A stretch of 63,249 nucleotides of DNA from a virus (taxonomy: Duplodnaviria > Caudoviricetes), in the IMG/VR virus record IMGVR_UViG_3300032050_000128, positions 1 to 63,249 of that record; one strand, given 5' to 3'. The stretch's first letter is position 1, and every line of letters starts with the position of its first letter. The notes beneath the pieces were generated by a model. It had not been told where the DNA came from, did no database searches, and saw nothing but the letters and a program-made list of their open reading frames with translations. Made by a program: the position numbers and the translations under genes. Shown here piece after piece: positions 41,763 to 52,226 of this stretch.

Positions 41763-44700
41763 GCAGCAGCATACTAAACAAGCTTGTAAACGCAATAGAT
41801 AAAAAAGCCGCCGTAGCAAAGAGACCGCAGCGCCTAAACGTACAAAAGCAGGCGCAGCTGCTGTACAACAGCGTTATAGCGTACTTAGCCAACGAGAATC
41901 CAAAAGTACTGCCAGAGCGTCGTGTCACAAAGCGTGCAGCTCTGACTGTGGTGCGCAGGTCACTAGACCGTACTCGAGGGCTTTCTTTCTCTATCAGAGA
42001 GTACCAGGCCTTGCGCGACCTAGGCACGTTTATTTCTCTAAGCCAGAATCCAAACAACAAGACAGCGACGTTTGCCGACAACACCGACTTGCTGCCGCTG
42101 TCTCACCCGCTCTGCAGTCGTAGACACTCGATGACCGCCTCGGCGCTGCGCCAGGCTCGCGGCCGATGGATGTCTGCTGATCCAAGGCTAGAAGACGACC
42201 TTCGTCCAGTGGTTGCGTCTGCTTTTGGCGCTCCGGTCGGAGCGCCTGCGCAGGTTCACGCCGTCGCACAGCTGCAGTCAGTGATTGGTCGATTTGTGCC
42301 AGACGACGTACTTGGCGCAGATGCACCTGCGCTTGTCGCAGCCATAGGTGACGGCAACTCTTCAGCCGCTCGCAGAGCTCGTGCGATGCTACAACGCCGT
42401 GACTCAGAAGGACAGTTTGCCGAGATGGGCGGCGGACGCAGGTGGCTACAAAAGGGACTAGACGGACTAGTTAGTTGGATGACTGGACGCACCATAGCGG
42501 CGGACCCAGACACGGACACCTTTGACGTACAAACATCCGACGGCTCAGTCTACAGAGTACCAGCTAACGCTACCAGCGGCGTGAAGGCGGTACTAAAGAC
42601 AGACACAGACGTAGAAAAAGGTGAAGCACGCTACAGCTCTAAAGACATCGTGCTCAATGAGTCAGACGTCAAACGTATAGACGCGCCTGCAGGTTTTAGA
42701 AAGTACAAAGACACTCTACAAGGCCGTACCGTATACGTAAGCACAGACGACGAGTACGTAGTAACCAAGGTAGAAAAACCAGATCAAAGTCTAAGAGACA
42801 CCATCGCAGGAATACGTAAACACAACGAATTGCAGGAGAGCCTAGAGCCAGACAAGCGCGAGCTGCGCGAACTAGTCGGGGCCGGCGAAAACGGCGCATG
42901 GGACAAAGAAAAGCCTTTTTACATTGCAACTAGAAGAGACGAAGATTCCAGCGGTAAGCCAAAGCTAACTGCAATTGGTGTCTCGCAGGACTGGGCAGAG
43001 ACGCAGAAAATTATCAAGACCGACGAGCCAAGGCTAGACAAGAGCGTAGAAGAGCGCCAGGTAAAGGCTAAACTAAAGAACAACACGTGGGAAGCCTGGC
43101 AAGAAAAAGTAAAGAAGTTCAACGAGCAAGTTAAGGCAAACCATGCCGAACACGTGGCAGAGCGCACCGCCATGCTGAAAAAGCAGGCTGCTGACCGCGT
43201 AGACAGCCAGGGCAACCCGCTCGAGCCAGGCTGGTCAGCTGTACCGCAGGACGAGAAGAGCATTCGTCCACCAAAAGAAGTCAACAACGTTCCAGGAATG
43301 TACAAAGAAGGCGGCCTAGGCAAAGAGCTAAACCCGCTTGACCCTGACCAGGGAGAACTGTTTAACGCAGACCCTACACCTGAAAAGTACGACGTCAATG
43401 ACACGGAGTACGTGAAGAACAACTCGTTACAGCTGACTGACGGCAACGGCGATGTAGTCGCTCGACTAGAACAAAACGATGACGGCTCGTTCCGCGCTCC
43501 GTGGATACTAGGTGAGTCACGTGGCATGGAGTTCAAGACTTTCAAAGACAGAGCAGAGTTTGTCGAAGCACTGAAAGAGAATGCAGTTAAAAACAGAACT
43601 TCCCTAGCCAAGGCCCTAGAAGAAGCTGGCGCAGAGCAAGAAACTATAGACGCAGTAAAGGCAGAGAACGCCACACGAGCAGACATAGCGGCCGCGCTCG
43701 ACAAGGATCCAGCCGTAAACTCAGTCAGAGAGCGCGCAGCAGACGCAGCTTGGGCAGACATGCAGAGTCCTGCAGAAAAAGCAGTGGTAAAGCTTTCAGA
43801 AAGACTATACGCAGGAAACGTGTGGAACCCCACCGAACTAGACGAGATGGTTGCCGGTAAGACCAAGAGCAAGGCGAGACTAGACAGTCCAGACGAAGTC
43901 GAAGAGCCTTCAGTGCCTGCGACACAGCAGAAGAAGGCGGTACTAGACGAGGCTAAGCCATTTGCGTACAGCGCACCTAGCAGCGCCTACAAGATGGACC
44001 TAGACGCGTTTTCTCCAGAGGGACCAGTAGAGGGGCAAGAAAGCTCTGACTACACTGACGACCCAGTAGAGCTGAGCAACCGCTACACTGAGGCAGAGCT
44101 ACGCGAGAGCCTGGCCAAGGCGCTCATAAACAAGCAGAGTGCGTACGACGCAGTTGTGGACGAAGACTTTGACTCTGAGATAGACGACTTTGACCCAGAC
44201 GAGATCGTCGACGAGGACGCGCCGAAAAAGCCAGGACCAAAACCAAAGAGTCAAAAGAAACAGGCGGCCGACTCCGGCGTCAAGACCATGGAAAAAGACG
44301 CAGCGCCAGCCTCTGGCTTTGGCATGCTCGAGTTCAACGCGGGCTCGGAGTACGTACCGGCTGAGGCGCTCTACAAGGCGCTCGAGGAGCAGGGCGTGGA
44401 CGCAGAGCTCTACACAGCGCAGCTGTACGACGCAAAGCTCGGCGAGAATAAAAACGTACAAGCGCTGCTAGATTCTCGCAAGGGCGAGGAGGGCATCGGC
44501 GCGGCGACACCAGACCTAGCCGACGTATTCCCTACGCAGGCGGACCTAGACGAGATGGACTCTATCGAAGTTCCGAGCGAAGGTACCGATAAGCTGCAGA
44601 TAGACGAGACAGACGAGGGACAGGCGAAGACGTTCGAGCTTGCCAAAGCCATGAACGACTACAAGAAACAGTACAACGAAAAAATAGCTGCCGGTGAAGT

Positions 44701-47700
44701 AGATGAGGCAACCGAGTCAGTCTACAACGACTTCATGGACGTAGACTCTGGCGACAAGGACTATTTGTCCCTCGTAGAAAAACACTTTGACCAGGACAAG
44801 TTTGGCACCGCCGACGACCCGTTCCGCGCACTGTGGGGCGCGTGGATGATGGAGGGCCCGGACAACGGACAAAAGAACGTAACACCCGCGCTGTACCAGT
44901 ACGCGCAGGACACTCTCGGCATGGACGATGAGGAAGCCGGCAAGTTCTCAGAAAACATCGTAGACTCCTACGGCAACCCAGCCGAGCTAGAAGAGGCAGT
45001 GGTCGCGATAGAGGCAGAACCAGAACTGTTCAACTCCGAAGACCCTAAGTACGCGACCGCCCAGGCGCTGCTAAAGATGTCGGCAGTAAACTCAGGCACC
45101 AATGCTACTAAGGTTTGGAAGTCGTACGACCTCTCAGAGGACCAGGGCTTTGCAGACGCACTGTCCGAAGAGGGCAACGTAGTCTCGTTTCCACCAGACT
45201 CCTGGAGAAAAGCCACCGGAGACATTGACGACGTACTAGAGGGTAAGACCGGAGAAAACACTTTCGTGGTAGTTCTCGACGAGGGCAACGGTACCACCAC
45301 ACCAATAGGACAAGACCGAGAGCTGGTCTGGGGTCAGTACGTGGTCGAAGATGTGACTGACAAAGACGGCAACACAATTGTTCGGCTTCGTAAGCTGACG
45401 CCGGCAGAGAACATAGGTATAAACGAAGAGGGCAACTACACGCCTTACTTGATACCAAACGAAAACATAGACCTGCCAGAAGGCTACAACCTGCCAGACA
45501 CCGACGCCTACGCCTCCGAGTACAACGGAGCAGACGGCAACGAGGTCGCAGCCGGCTTCCCAGAGGGCTTCACAGACAGTCCACTGTACATCGCAGAGAA
45601 CTGGGAAACTGAGACGCTGCTAGACTCACTGCGCATTGCAGTCGAGCCAGACCTAGAAGAAGAGAGCGCCGGGTACGCGATACTGGAGTATCCGCTTGAC
45701 GGCGGCACCGACATCCTGGTCAGCGGTCAAGCCATTCGTGACGCACTGCAGATACAGGGTGTCAACACAAACCTATTTTTCCGCGACCTAGCAGGCACCG
45801 GAGACGAGACCGTTCCACCGTCCGAGGCAGACGTAGCACGACAGAACAAGTCGGCGCTCAGCAAGTCTCAGAACCCGACGGACGCGATCGGAACCAGCAT
45901 TGGTAACTCGTTTGACATCACGGAGTGGAAGAAGATCGGCAACCAGCTCGGCTCCAACGAGGGCGGCACCTACGAGGCTCCTGACGGCAGCAAGTACTAT
46001 GTAAAGACACCAAAGAGTCCGCTGCACGCCGGCAACGAGGTACTGGCCTCAGCGCTCTACCGCCGCGCCGGCGTAGACGGCGCCGACACGTTCTTTGGCG
46101 TGGACGAGGCAGACAACATGGTCACCGTCTCACCGATACTGCCGGACGCAAAGCCAGACATGGCGCAGAAAATTGAAGAGCCTAGCTACAAGAAGGCGCT
46201 GCAAGAGGGCTTTGCCATAGACGCCTGGCTAGCCAACTGGGACGTCGCCGGTCTTGCCATGGACAACGTAGTCTCAGTAGACGGCAAGCCAAACCGCGTA
46301 GACACCGGAGGAGCACTGCTCATGCGCGCCATGGGCAAGCCAAAGGGCGCGTTGTTCGGCGACAAGGCCGACGAGTGGGAGACGCTTCGCGACCCAGACA
46401 TGAATCCACAGTCCGCAAAGATTTTTGCAGACATGACCGACGTAGACCTAAAGACCAGCGCCTCCAAGCTGCTAGACGTAACCAGAGCAGACATCGACAG
46501 CCTCGTGGCAGCCGCGTTTCCAGACGAACCAGTACTGCAAAAGACCGTCGCAGACAAGCTAGAGATGCGCAGAATGGACATCCTCGAGCGCGCTGGACTC
46601 ACTGACAAAGACACCACAGTTACTGCCAACAACCTAAAGAACGTACAGGCGCATACACAGACTATCATGGACATTACCGGACTGGACGAGGAAAATGCCA
46701 ACAAGGTGCGCAACGTCATTGACGACGAGTACGGACTAGACTGGTCAGAAGCGACCGCGTCTGAGACCGGAGAAGCCATCAAGGAGGCGTTGAACAGCGA
46801 CGCCTACGACGGACCCCTACCAGAGGGCTTTAAGTCTACAAACAAGAACAAAAAAACAGAGACAAAAGCTCCGTCTGAGCCACCTCTAGACACTGCAGAA
46901 GAGGAAGAAGAAGACGAACTCAAGCCTGAAGACGCGTACGTCATAGCCAACGACTTTGCAGACGAGACACTGGATGCAATTAAACTGTACAGGGAGCAGA
47001 CCGACCTGCCGGTAGAAGACCTGGACCTGAAAGAAAAATTAGACGAGCTAGAGAAGACAGTACAACAAAAACAGCCAGTCGATAATCCAGACGACATTGC
47101 AGAGCTACAGGGCGAAGTAGAAAAAATTGCAGACTACATGCAAGAAAAGCACGGCAAAGGCGGAGAGTTTAAGAGCATCGCAGAAAATCTACGCATAGCA
47201 GGCGACGTAGCCAAGAAAGACAAGATAGACGTAGTGAAGTCACCAATTATCACGGCCGAAGAGGTGGACGCAAGTAAGTACGCAAAGAACGCCGGAGCCA
47301 CGCAGTGGTTTGACGACGCCAACCCACCCAAGCTGTCAGACGACGGTAACTTTGTAGAGGTAACGCTGAACGACATCGGCGGCGACATGCCAAAGTTTGG
47401 CGGCGACGAGGGACCAGTAGACCTGGCCGATCTCGGCGTGCCGTACATTGTCATCGAGGGAGAAGCGCAAGACAACACCTACGACGTACAGCTACGCGTG
47501 CCACTAGACAAGATGGACGAGTTTACCGAAACCTGGAACGAGCTAAAACAAGCTGACCTAGGTCCGTTCATACAAGCACCCGCTGGCTACTACGAGAAGC
47601 CAGAAAACTTCTTTGGCGACGTCTACAGAGACGCCAAAGCCGACGTGTCTGTACCCGAGCCAGAAAAAACCGTAGTCGAAGCTCCAGCCGAAGACAGTAG

Positions 47701-50700
47701 TCCGGTTGGTAAGAGTCTCTCCGCCGACGGCAAGACACCAATCGCGGCCGGCATGAAGGTAAAGTCTACAAAGACTGGCGAAGTCGGCGTAGTCTCTAAG
47801 TTAGATGTGTACAAGAAGAAAGGCGTTGTGTTCCCTGACTACGCCTGGGTAAAATTTGAAGGCAAGAAAGACAAGCAGCTGAAAACAACCAAGACGCTGC
47901 AAATTGTAGACGACGGAGGTTTCCCAGAGGGGGGACCTGGAGGAGGTGAACCAGACGCACCGGCTCCGACAGAGCCAACACCGAGCAGTGAGCCTGCCGT
48001 CCCTTTATCCCCTGAGCCGACAGCGGCTGACGACACAGTAGTACTGAAAACTTCTGAAACACTAGAGGCGCTGCACGACCAGATAGACAAGGCCATCAAG
48101 GACAAGAAGCTGTTGAAGTTCGTGTACAACGGCAAGGAACGCACCGTGCGCCCGCTCAACACCTGGGACAACCCAAAAACAAAAACTAAAAACCTGGTTG
48201 CAGAAGACCTAGGAGACGGCGGAAAGAAGAAAAACTTTTCTACGCACGTAATAGAGTCAACCACGAGCGCGTCCGCAGACCCAGTCAAGCCAAAGCCCGC
48301 CGATCTTCCGGCAGAACAAAAGTACACCGCACCGCCGGAGCCGCAGTTCGGCGCGACAGACTCGTACAAAGTTACAAACATAAACGACACGACGACGTTC
48401 GTGTCTGGCACCTATTTTCTCAACGAGACCGTGGAGTACACTCCGAAGGAGCTAGCTGAGCTCCTAGGCAAGCCGTACGAGTACGGCTCTGGCGGCAAAG
48501 TGCAGCAAGAGTGGTCAATGCGCTTTGAGAGCCCGGACGGCGCAGTTGTATTTGCCAGGCTGTACGACTGGAAAACACTAGACTCGCTTGACCCAGACAA
48601 GAAGTACGACTGGCACATCGGTGGAAACAACGCCAAGGCGACGGAGCTAGTCAAGAACCTACTCGAAGCAAAGAAGAAAGAAAAGAGCAGCGCAGCCGAG
48701 TCTAAGAGCGCGACCACGGACACGCCTGTCGGCAATCCAGCGTTGGCCCTAGACAAGAAAGACTTAGACAACCCAGAGTTGTACGAAAAGAAAGACGTCA
48801 AGGTAGAAAATCTTAAAGTTGGAGACTACATTCCGTACGGCTCCGGCTGGGCGCGTGTGGCGTCGCACGGTGCTGCCTACAACAAAGGAAAGAAGACGCA
48901 CAAGTTTCGCATGTTTCTACAGCACACTAACGGAAATCAACAGTATGTAGAGTACAGTGGAAAGACAGTAATAAAGAGCACTCGTTCACCGAAGAGCGGC
49001 ACCGGAATAAACACACCGCCGCCGACCGTACCTAATCCGCCGCCGCCGCCGTCTTCGTCCAGCAGCACTGGGTCTCCGCTAAAGGCGTACACTCCAGACG
49101 AGTGGGCAGACGCCGCCAAGAAAACAGTAGCCAACAACGAGATTGACTTTGGTCCATTTGACACAAACACCTCGCTTAAAAACGGCGCACTTGCTACAAA
49201 AAATTGGATACAATTTTGGAAAGAAAATAATAATCAACCGATAGACTTTGTAACTTACTCTCCTTACAGTGGTGTTTTTATAGTCGGCATAAAAGACCAG
49301 TCAATTCCAAGAATGATTACGAGCGATGGCAAAAATACGCAAGCGCCAGCGTCCAACGAGTACTACAAAGATAATCCAAGCCTTAAGCACGTACAGCCAG
49401 ACAGTCCGCACTCGGTCTGGCTGGGCGTAGACTTTGAGAAGGACGATCTCGCCCCAATCAAAGACGATGTCGCACCGCCACCAGGCGCAAATCAAAAGTT
49501 TAAGAAGGACAGATTTGGTAACTGGTTGTACAAAGGCGTAACCGTGACCGACGCAAATGGCGACGAAGGTGTGATCTACGGTTTTCCAGGTGCAAAGGGC
49601 TACGAGAACTACGTACAGGTAGAGTTCCTAGACGGAAGCAAGAAAGTCCGCTCCGTCGACAAAGTAACGGGTGGCAGGCTATTTGACCAGACAAAACTGA
49701 CAGAGGCGGGTCCTGGAGTAAACGTACCAGAGGTAGACGACCCAGATTTGGCTAGCGTAGACTGGTCACAGAGCGAGATCACTGGCGCAGGGGTCAAGTC
49801 TCTAGTAGACGCAATTGCACACGTGCAGAGCAGCCCGGCTGCCGGAGCACGCGGTCGGTCAGCTGCAGTAGACGCAGGAGACGTTGAAGACCTAGACGTG
49901 CACATGATGACTGTAGTAGACGGCGACAAGACCTACACACGTGCCAGCTTCAAGCTCACGTCTTGGGCTGGAGACGCTCTGGTAGCTGAACTTCTCAAAA
50001 AAGTGCCAAACACAGAAGAGTACGATCTATTCATAAACCAAGGTATAAAAATGCCGAAGCTGCGAAGAGACGTAGATGGCAACATGGCAATACTAAAGTC
50101 TGGTACTCAGACTGAGTGGGAGTACACCTCTTCCTACAGTGAAACAACTACATACGTAATAACAGACAAAGTTACCGGTGCAACTATCAGAGTATACAGA
50201 GCAAATAGAGACGCAAAGCCAGTAAGCAGTATGAGTGCGCAACGAGACGGACTTGCTTTTCACAATAGAGTAGAAATACTAGTGCCAGAGCAGCAGGACG
50301 CAAACTCTACCGCCAACGTAATTGCAAGAGGCATGAAGCTGGGCGGAGTGCGCGCTCCAAGACCGGCAAAGAAAGAGGACGTAAGAGTTTTAACTGAAAA
50401 TCGTCTGATGAGCATCTTTGGCAAAGAAACTGATCCGTCAAAAAACGTAGTTGGAGCTGCCCGCGTACAGAAGCTTAAGGCGATAGAAAAGATGCTGGGA
50501 CTGCCGTTTGAACAGATGTGGCTAAACTTAGACACTCCGGCCTACGACCTAAACGACAGACTGTCGTACAGAACGAGCAAGGCAATAGCAGAGTACATGG
50601 TTAAAAAAACAGAGACTGGCGCCATAACTCACTCGTTTGGAATCAAGAGCTCGTCTAGTCCAGACGCAGCGGCCCAGGCTATGTTCAACCTGCTCATGAT

Positions 50701-51166
50701 GGAAGACGGCCTAAAAGCTACGTCAGTTCGCTGGACAGAGGGAATCGGCGGTCACGGCGACTCAAGCGAGGCAGACATAAAAACAGGAGGAGCAGACTAC
50801 CTGTTCACAAAGCCTAAGGCAACCATGAAGCCCTACTCTGTAGCAACAGACAACCACGCGTACTTTCACTTTGACCCGATTAAGCTGTACTCACGGCTGG
50901 ACTTCTGGGCTAACTTCAAGGACCAGTACGGAAAGCGCATGAAGGAGACCGACCCGATCGGCGAGATAAAACCAGCCAAGCCCACTTCGGGAAGCGGCAC
51001 CTACGAACTGATGTTTAAGAACGGAATATCGTGGGCAGACCTGTCCATCATAAGTGTGTCCCCGGCGGTGCGTGAACGTCTAGTTAAAATGCTACTCGAC
51101 AATGGGGTACCGCCAGAGAAGTACGGCGCCTCATCGTGGGACGACCTTATACCGGTGAAGAAGTAA
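41759..51166 (+). CDS. giant multidomain head-region (probable internal/ejected) protein, 3135 aa
   Basis: Uninterrupted ORF between portal and protease; PI3/4K-HipA-like kinase motifs (YYVK, NEVLAS, DAWLANWD, RVDTG); WYL-like, SH3-like and ART-like segments. Confidence 0.85.
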   Translation: MSSSILNKLVNAIDKKAAVAKRPQRLNVQKQAQLLYNSVIAYLANENPKVLPERRVTKRAALTVVRRSLDRTRGLSFSIREYQALRDLGTFISLSQNPNNKTATFADNTDLLPLSHPLCSRRHSMTASALRQARGRWMSADPRLEDDLRPVVASAFGAPVGAPAQVHAVAQLQSVIGRFVPDDVLGADAPALVAAIGDGNSSAARRARAMLQRRDSEGQFAEMGGGRRWLQKGLDGLVSWMTGRTIAADPDTDTFDVQTSDGSVYRVPANATSGVKAVLKTDTDVEKGEARYSSKDIVLNESDVKRIDAPAGFRKYKDTLQGRTVYVSTDDEYVVTKVEKPDQSLRDTIAGIRKHNELQESLEPDKRELRELVGAGENGAWDKEKPFYIATRRDEDSSGKPKLTAIGVSQDWAETQKIIKTDEPRLDKSVEERQVKAKLKNNTWEAWQEKVKKFNEQVKANHAEHVAERTAMLKKQAADRVDSQGNPLEPGWSAVPQDEKSIRPPKEVNNVPGMYKEGGLGKELNPLDPDQGELFNADPTPEKYDVNDTEYVKNNSLQLTDGNGDVVARLEQNDDGSFRAPWILGESRGMEFKTFKDRAEFVEALKENAVKNRTSLAKALEEAGAEQETIDAVKAENATRADIAAALDKDPAVNSVRERAADAAWADMQSPAEKAVVKLSERLYAGNVWNPTELDEMVAGKTKSKARLDSPDEVEEPSVPATQQKKAVLDEAKPFAYSAPSSAYKMDLDAFSPEGPVEGQESSDYTDDPVELSNRYTEAELRESLAKALINKQSAYDAVVDEDFDSEIDDFDPDEIVDEDAPKKPGPKPKSQKKQAADSGVKTMEKDAAPASGFGMLEFNAGSEYVPAEALYKALEEQGVDAELYTAQLYDAKLGENKNVQALLDSRKGEEGIGAATPDLADVFPTQADLDEMDSIEVPSEGTDKLQIDETDEGQAKTFELAKAMNDYKKQYNEKIAAGEVDEATESVYNDFMDVDSGDKDYLSLVEKHFDQDKFGTADDPFRALWGAWMMEGPDNGQKNVTPALYQYAQDTLGMDDEEAGKFSENIVDSYGNPAELEEAVVAIEAEPELFNSEDPKYATAQALLKMSAVNSGTNATKVWKSYDLSEDQGFADALSEEGNVVSFPPDSWRKATGDIDDVLEGKTGENTFVVVLDEGNGTTTPIGQDRELVWGQYVVEDVTDKDGNTIVRLRKLTPAENIGINEEGNYTPYLIPNENIDLPEGYNLPDTDAYASEYNGADGNEVAAGFPEGFTDSPLYIAENWETETLLDSLRIAVEPDLEEESAGYAILEYPLDGGTDILVSGQAIRDALQIQGVNTNLFFRDLAGTGDETVPPSEADVARQNKSALSKSQNPTDAIGTSIGNSFDITEWKKIGNQLGSNEGGTYEAPDGSKYYVKTPKSPLHAGNEVLASALYRRAGVDGADTFFGVDEADNMVTVSPILPDAKPDMAQKIEEPSYKKALQEGFAIDAWLANWDVAGLAMDNVVSVDGKPNRVDTGGALLMRAMGKPKGALFGDKADEWETLRDPDMNPQSAKIFADMTDVDLKTSASKLLDVTRADIDSLVAAAFPDEPVLQKTVADKLEMRRMDILERAGLTDKDTTVTANNLKNVQAHTQTIMDITGLDEENANKVRNVIDDEYGLDWSEATASETGEAIKEALNSDAYDGPLPEGFKSTNKNKKTETKAPSEPPLDTAEEEEEDELKPEDAYVIANDFADETLDAIKLYREQTDLPVEDLDLKEKLDELEKTVQQKQPVDNPDDIAELQGEVEKIADYMQEKHGKGGEFKSIAENLRIAGDVAKKDKIDVVKSPIITAEEVDASKYAKNAGATQWFDDANPPKLSDDGNFVEVTLNDIGGDMPKFGGDEGPVDLADLGVPYIVIEGEAQDNTYDVQLRVPLDKMDEFTETWNELKQADLGPFIQAPAGYYEKPENFFGDVYRDAKADVSVPEPEKTVVEAPAEDSSPVGKSLSADGKTPIAAGMKVKSTKTGEVGVVSKLDVYKKKGVVFPDYAWVKFEGKKDKQLKTTKTLQIVDDGGFPEGGPGGGEPDAPAPTEPTPSSEPAVPLSPEPTAADDTVVLKTSETLEALHDQIDKAIKDKKLLKFVYNGKERTVRPLNTWDNPKTKTKNLVAEDLGDGGKKKNFSTHVIESTTSASADPVKPKPADLPAEQKYTAPPEPQFGATDSYKVTNINDTTTFVSGTYFLNETVEYTPKELAELLGKPYEYGSGGKVQQEWSMRFESPDGAVVFARLYDWKTLDSLDPDKKYDWHIGGNNAKATELVKNLLEAKKKEKSSAAESKSATTDTPVGNPALALDKKDLDNPELYEKKDVKVENLKVGDYIPYGSGWARVASHGAAYNKGKKTHKFRMFLQHTNGNQQYVEYSGKTVIKSTRSPKSGTGINTPPPTVPNPPPPPSSSSSTGSPLKAYTPDEWADAAKKTVANNEIDFGPFDTNTSLKNGALATKNWIQFWKENNNQPIDFVTYSPYSGVFIVGIKDQSIPRMITSDGKNTQAPASNEYYKDNPSLKHVQPDSPHSVWLGVDFEKDDLAPIKDDVAPPPGANQKFKKDRFGNWLYKGVTVTDANGDEGVIYGFPGAKGYENYVQVEFLDGSKKVRSVDKVTGGRLFDQTKLTEAGPGVNVPEVDDPDLASVDWSQSEITGAGVKSLVDAIAHVQSSPAAGARGRSAAVDAGDVEDLDVHMMTVVDGDKTYTRASFKLTSWAGDALVAELLKKVPNTEEYDLFINQGIKMPKLRRDVDGNMAILKSGTQTEWEYTSSYSETTTYVITDKVTGATIRVYRANRDAKPVSSMSAQRDGLAFHNRVEILVPEQQDANSTANVIARGMKLGGVRAPRPAKKEDVRVLTENRLMSIFGKETDPSKNVVGAARVQKLKAIEKMLGLPFEQMWLNLDTPAYDLNDRLSYRTSKAIAEYMVKKTETGAITHSFGIKSSSSPDAAAQAMFNLLMMEDGLKATSVRWTEGIGGHGDSSEADIKTGGADYLFTKPKATMKPYSVATDNHAYFHFDPIKLYSRLDFWANFKDQYGKRMKETDPIGEIKPAKPTSGSGTYELMFKNGISWADLSIISVSPAVRERLVKMLLDNGVPPEKYGASSWDDLIPVKK

Positions 51167-51182
51167 AGAGACAGAGGCAACC

Positions 51183-52226
51183 ATGACCGAGCAGAGAAAA
51201 CTTACCATACCGGAAGATTACACGACTGGCTACGTCGGTCCTGCCGTAGTTGAAACTCTAGACAAGCCGAGAGAGACTTTCGCCGTGTCGGAGGTTGCCT
51301 GGTTTGACCACGACGAGGACGGTCCAGTAATGGCGCTATTTACTCTATCTGAGGTGCTAGAGTATCCTCTAGGGAGCAAAAACGACGTAACAGTAGACAG
51401 AAGTAGTGGCACAATAACGTTCAATAGCTACGGCAAGGCGTACACTGTTAGGGCGTTTCAAGACTCGGACGGGTCTTGGTCATCGACTCTTCGAGTGCCA
51501 GTTCCAGCCGAAGCCCTAGAGGGTATGTACATGAGGGAGACTATTATGGCGTTCAGTCCGGGAGACCCGGGTGACGGAGAGTCACTAATCGCCCTACTAG
51601 ATGAGAGCGCACAAGACGTGCAGGAACTAATTTACACCTCCGACGCTGGAATGTTTAGCCGCAATAATTTAGCCTGGTTCAGGGTCCCGCCCGAGCACAC
51701 TGAGTTCGACGGCATGATTATCGTAGAGGTCTCTCCTGACTTTATAGAGACGTTTGACAAAGCAGAAAAAAGTGGAAAGCCACTCTCCCGCGAGGAAGTA
51801 GAACGTCCAGCAAAAGAAAAAGCAATTAAAGCCGCCGGAGAGTTTGTCTGTCCGCCAGCAACACAGGACGTTGCGCTAAACCTAGAAAATCGTCAAAATG
51901 CAATCGACGACATCGGATACGGTCCGATGAATCCAGACGAACCAAACGAAGAGTTTTGGCAGAAAAAGGCTGAAAAGTGGTCGGTCACCATTGAAGAGGC
52001 AAAGACTAGTCGCTGCGGCAACTGCGCTGCTTTTATTAAGACTTCAGAGATGAAAGAGTGCATAGTAAACGGACTAGCAGCTTCAGCAGGCTGGGACACG
52101 GTAGAGGCTGCCGACTTAGGCTACTGTGAGGCGTTAGACTTTAAGTGCGCTTCAGCTCGTACGTGCGACGCATGGATTTCAGGTGGACCAGTTACAGACG
52201 AGAGCAAGATGGGAGAGTCTCAGTGA
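51183..52226 (+). CDS. head-region protein with Cys-rich C-terminal module
   Basis: CPPATQD...RCGNCAAF...GYCEALDFKCASARTCDAW. Confidence 0.75.
   Translation: MTEQRKLTIPEDYTTGYVGPAVVETLDKPRETFAVSEVAWFDHDEDGPVMALFTLSEVLEYPLGSKNDVTVDRSSGTITFNSYGKAYTVRAFQDSDGSWSSTLRVPVPAEALEGMYMRETIMAFSPGDPGDGESLIALLDESAQDVQELIYTSDAGMFSRNNLAWFRVPPEHTEFDGMIIVEVSPDFIETFDKAEKSGKPLSREEVERPAKEKAIKAAGEFVCPPATQDVALNLENRQNAIDDIGYGPMNPDEPNEEFWQKKAEKWSVTIEEAKTSRCGNCAAFIKTSEMKECIVNGLAASAGWDTVEAADLGYCEALDFKCASARTCDAWISGGPVTDESKMGESQ

Noticed and set aside
48796-48990. Intein/Hint domain from VKVENLKVGD
   Set aside because: No N-terminal Cys/Ser block, TxxH or HN-C/S/T motif; better explained as an SH3/KOW-like barrel.
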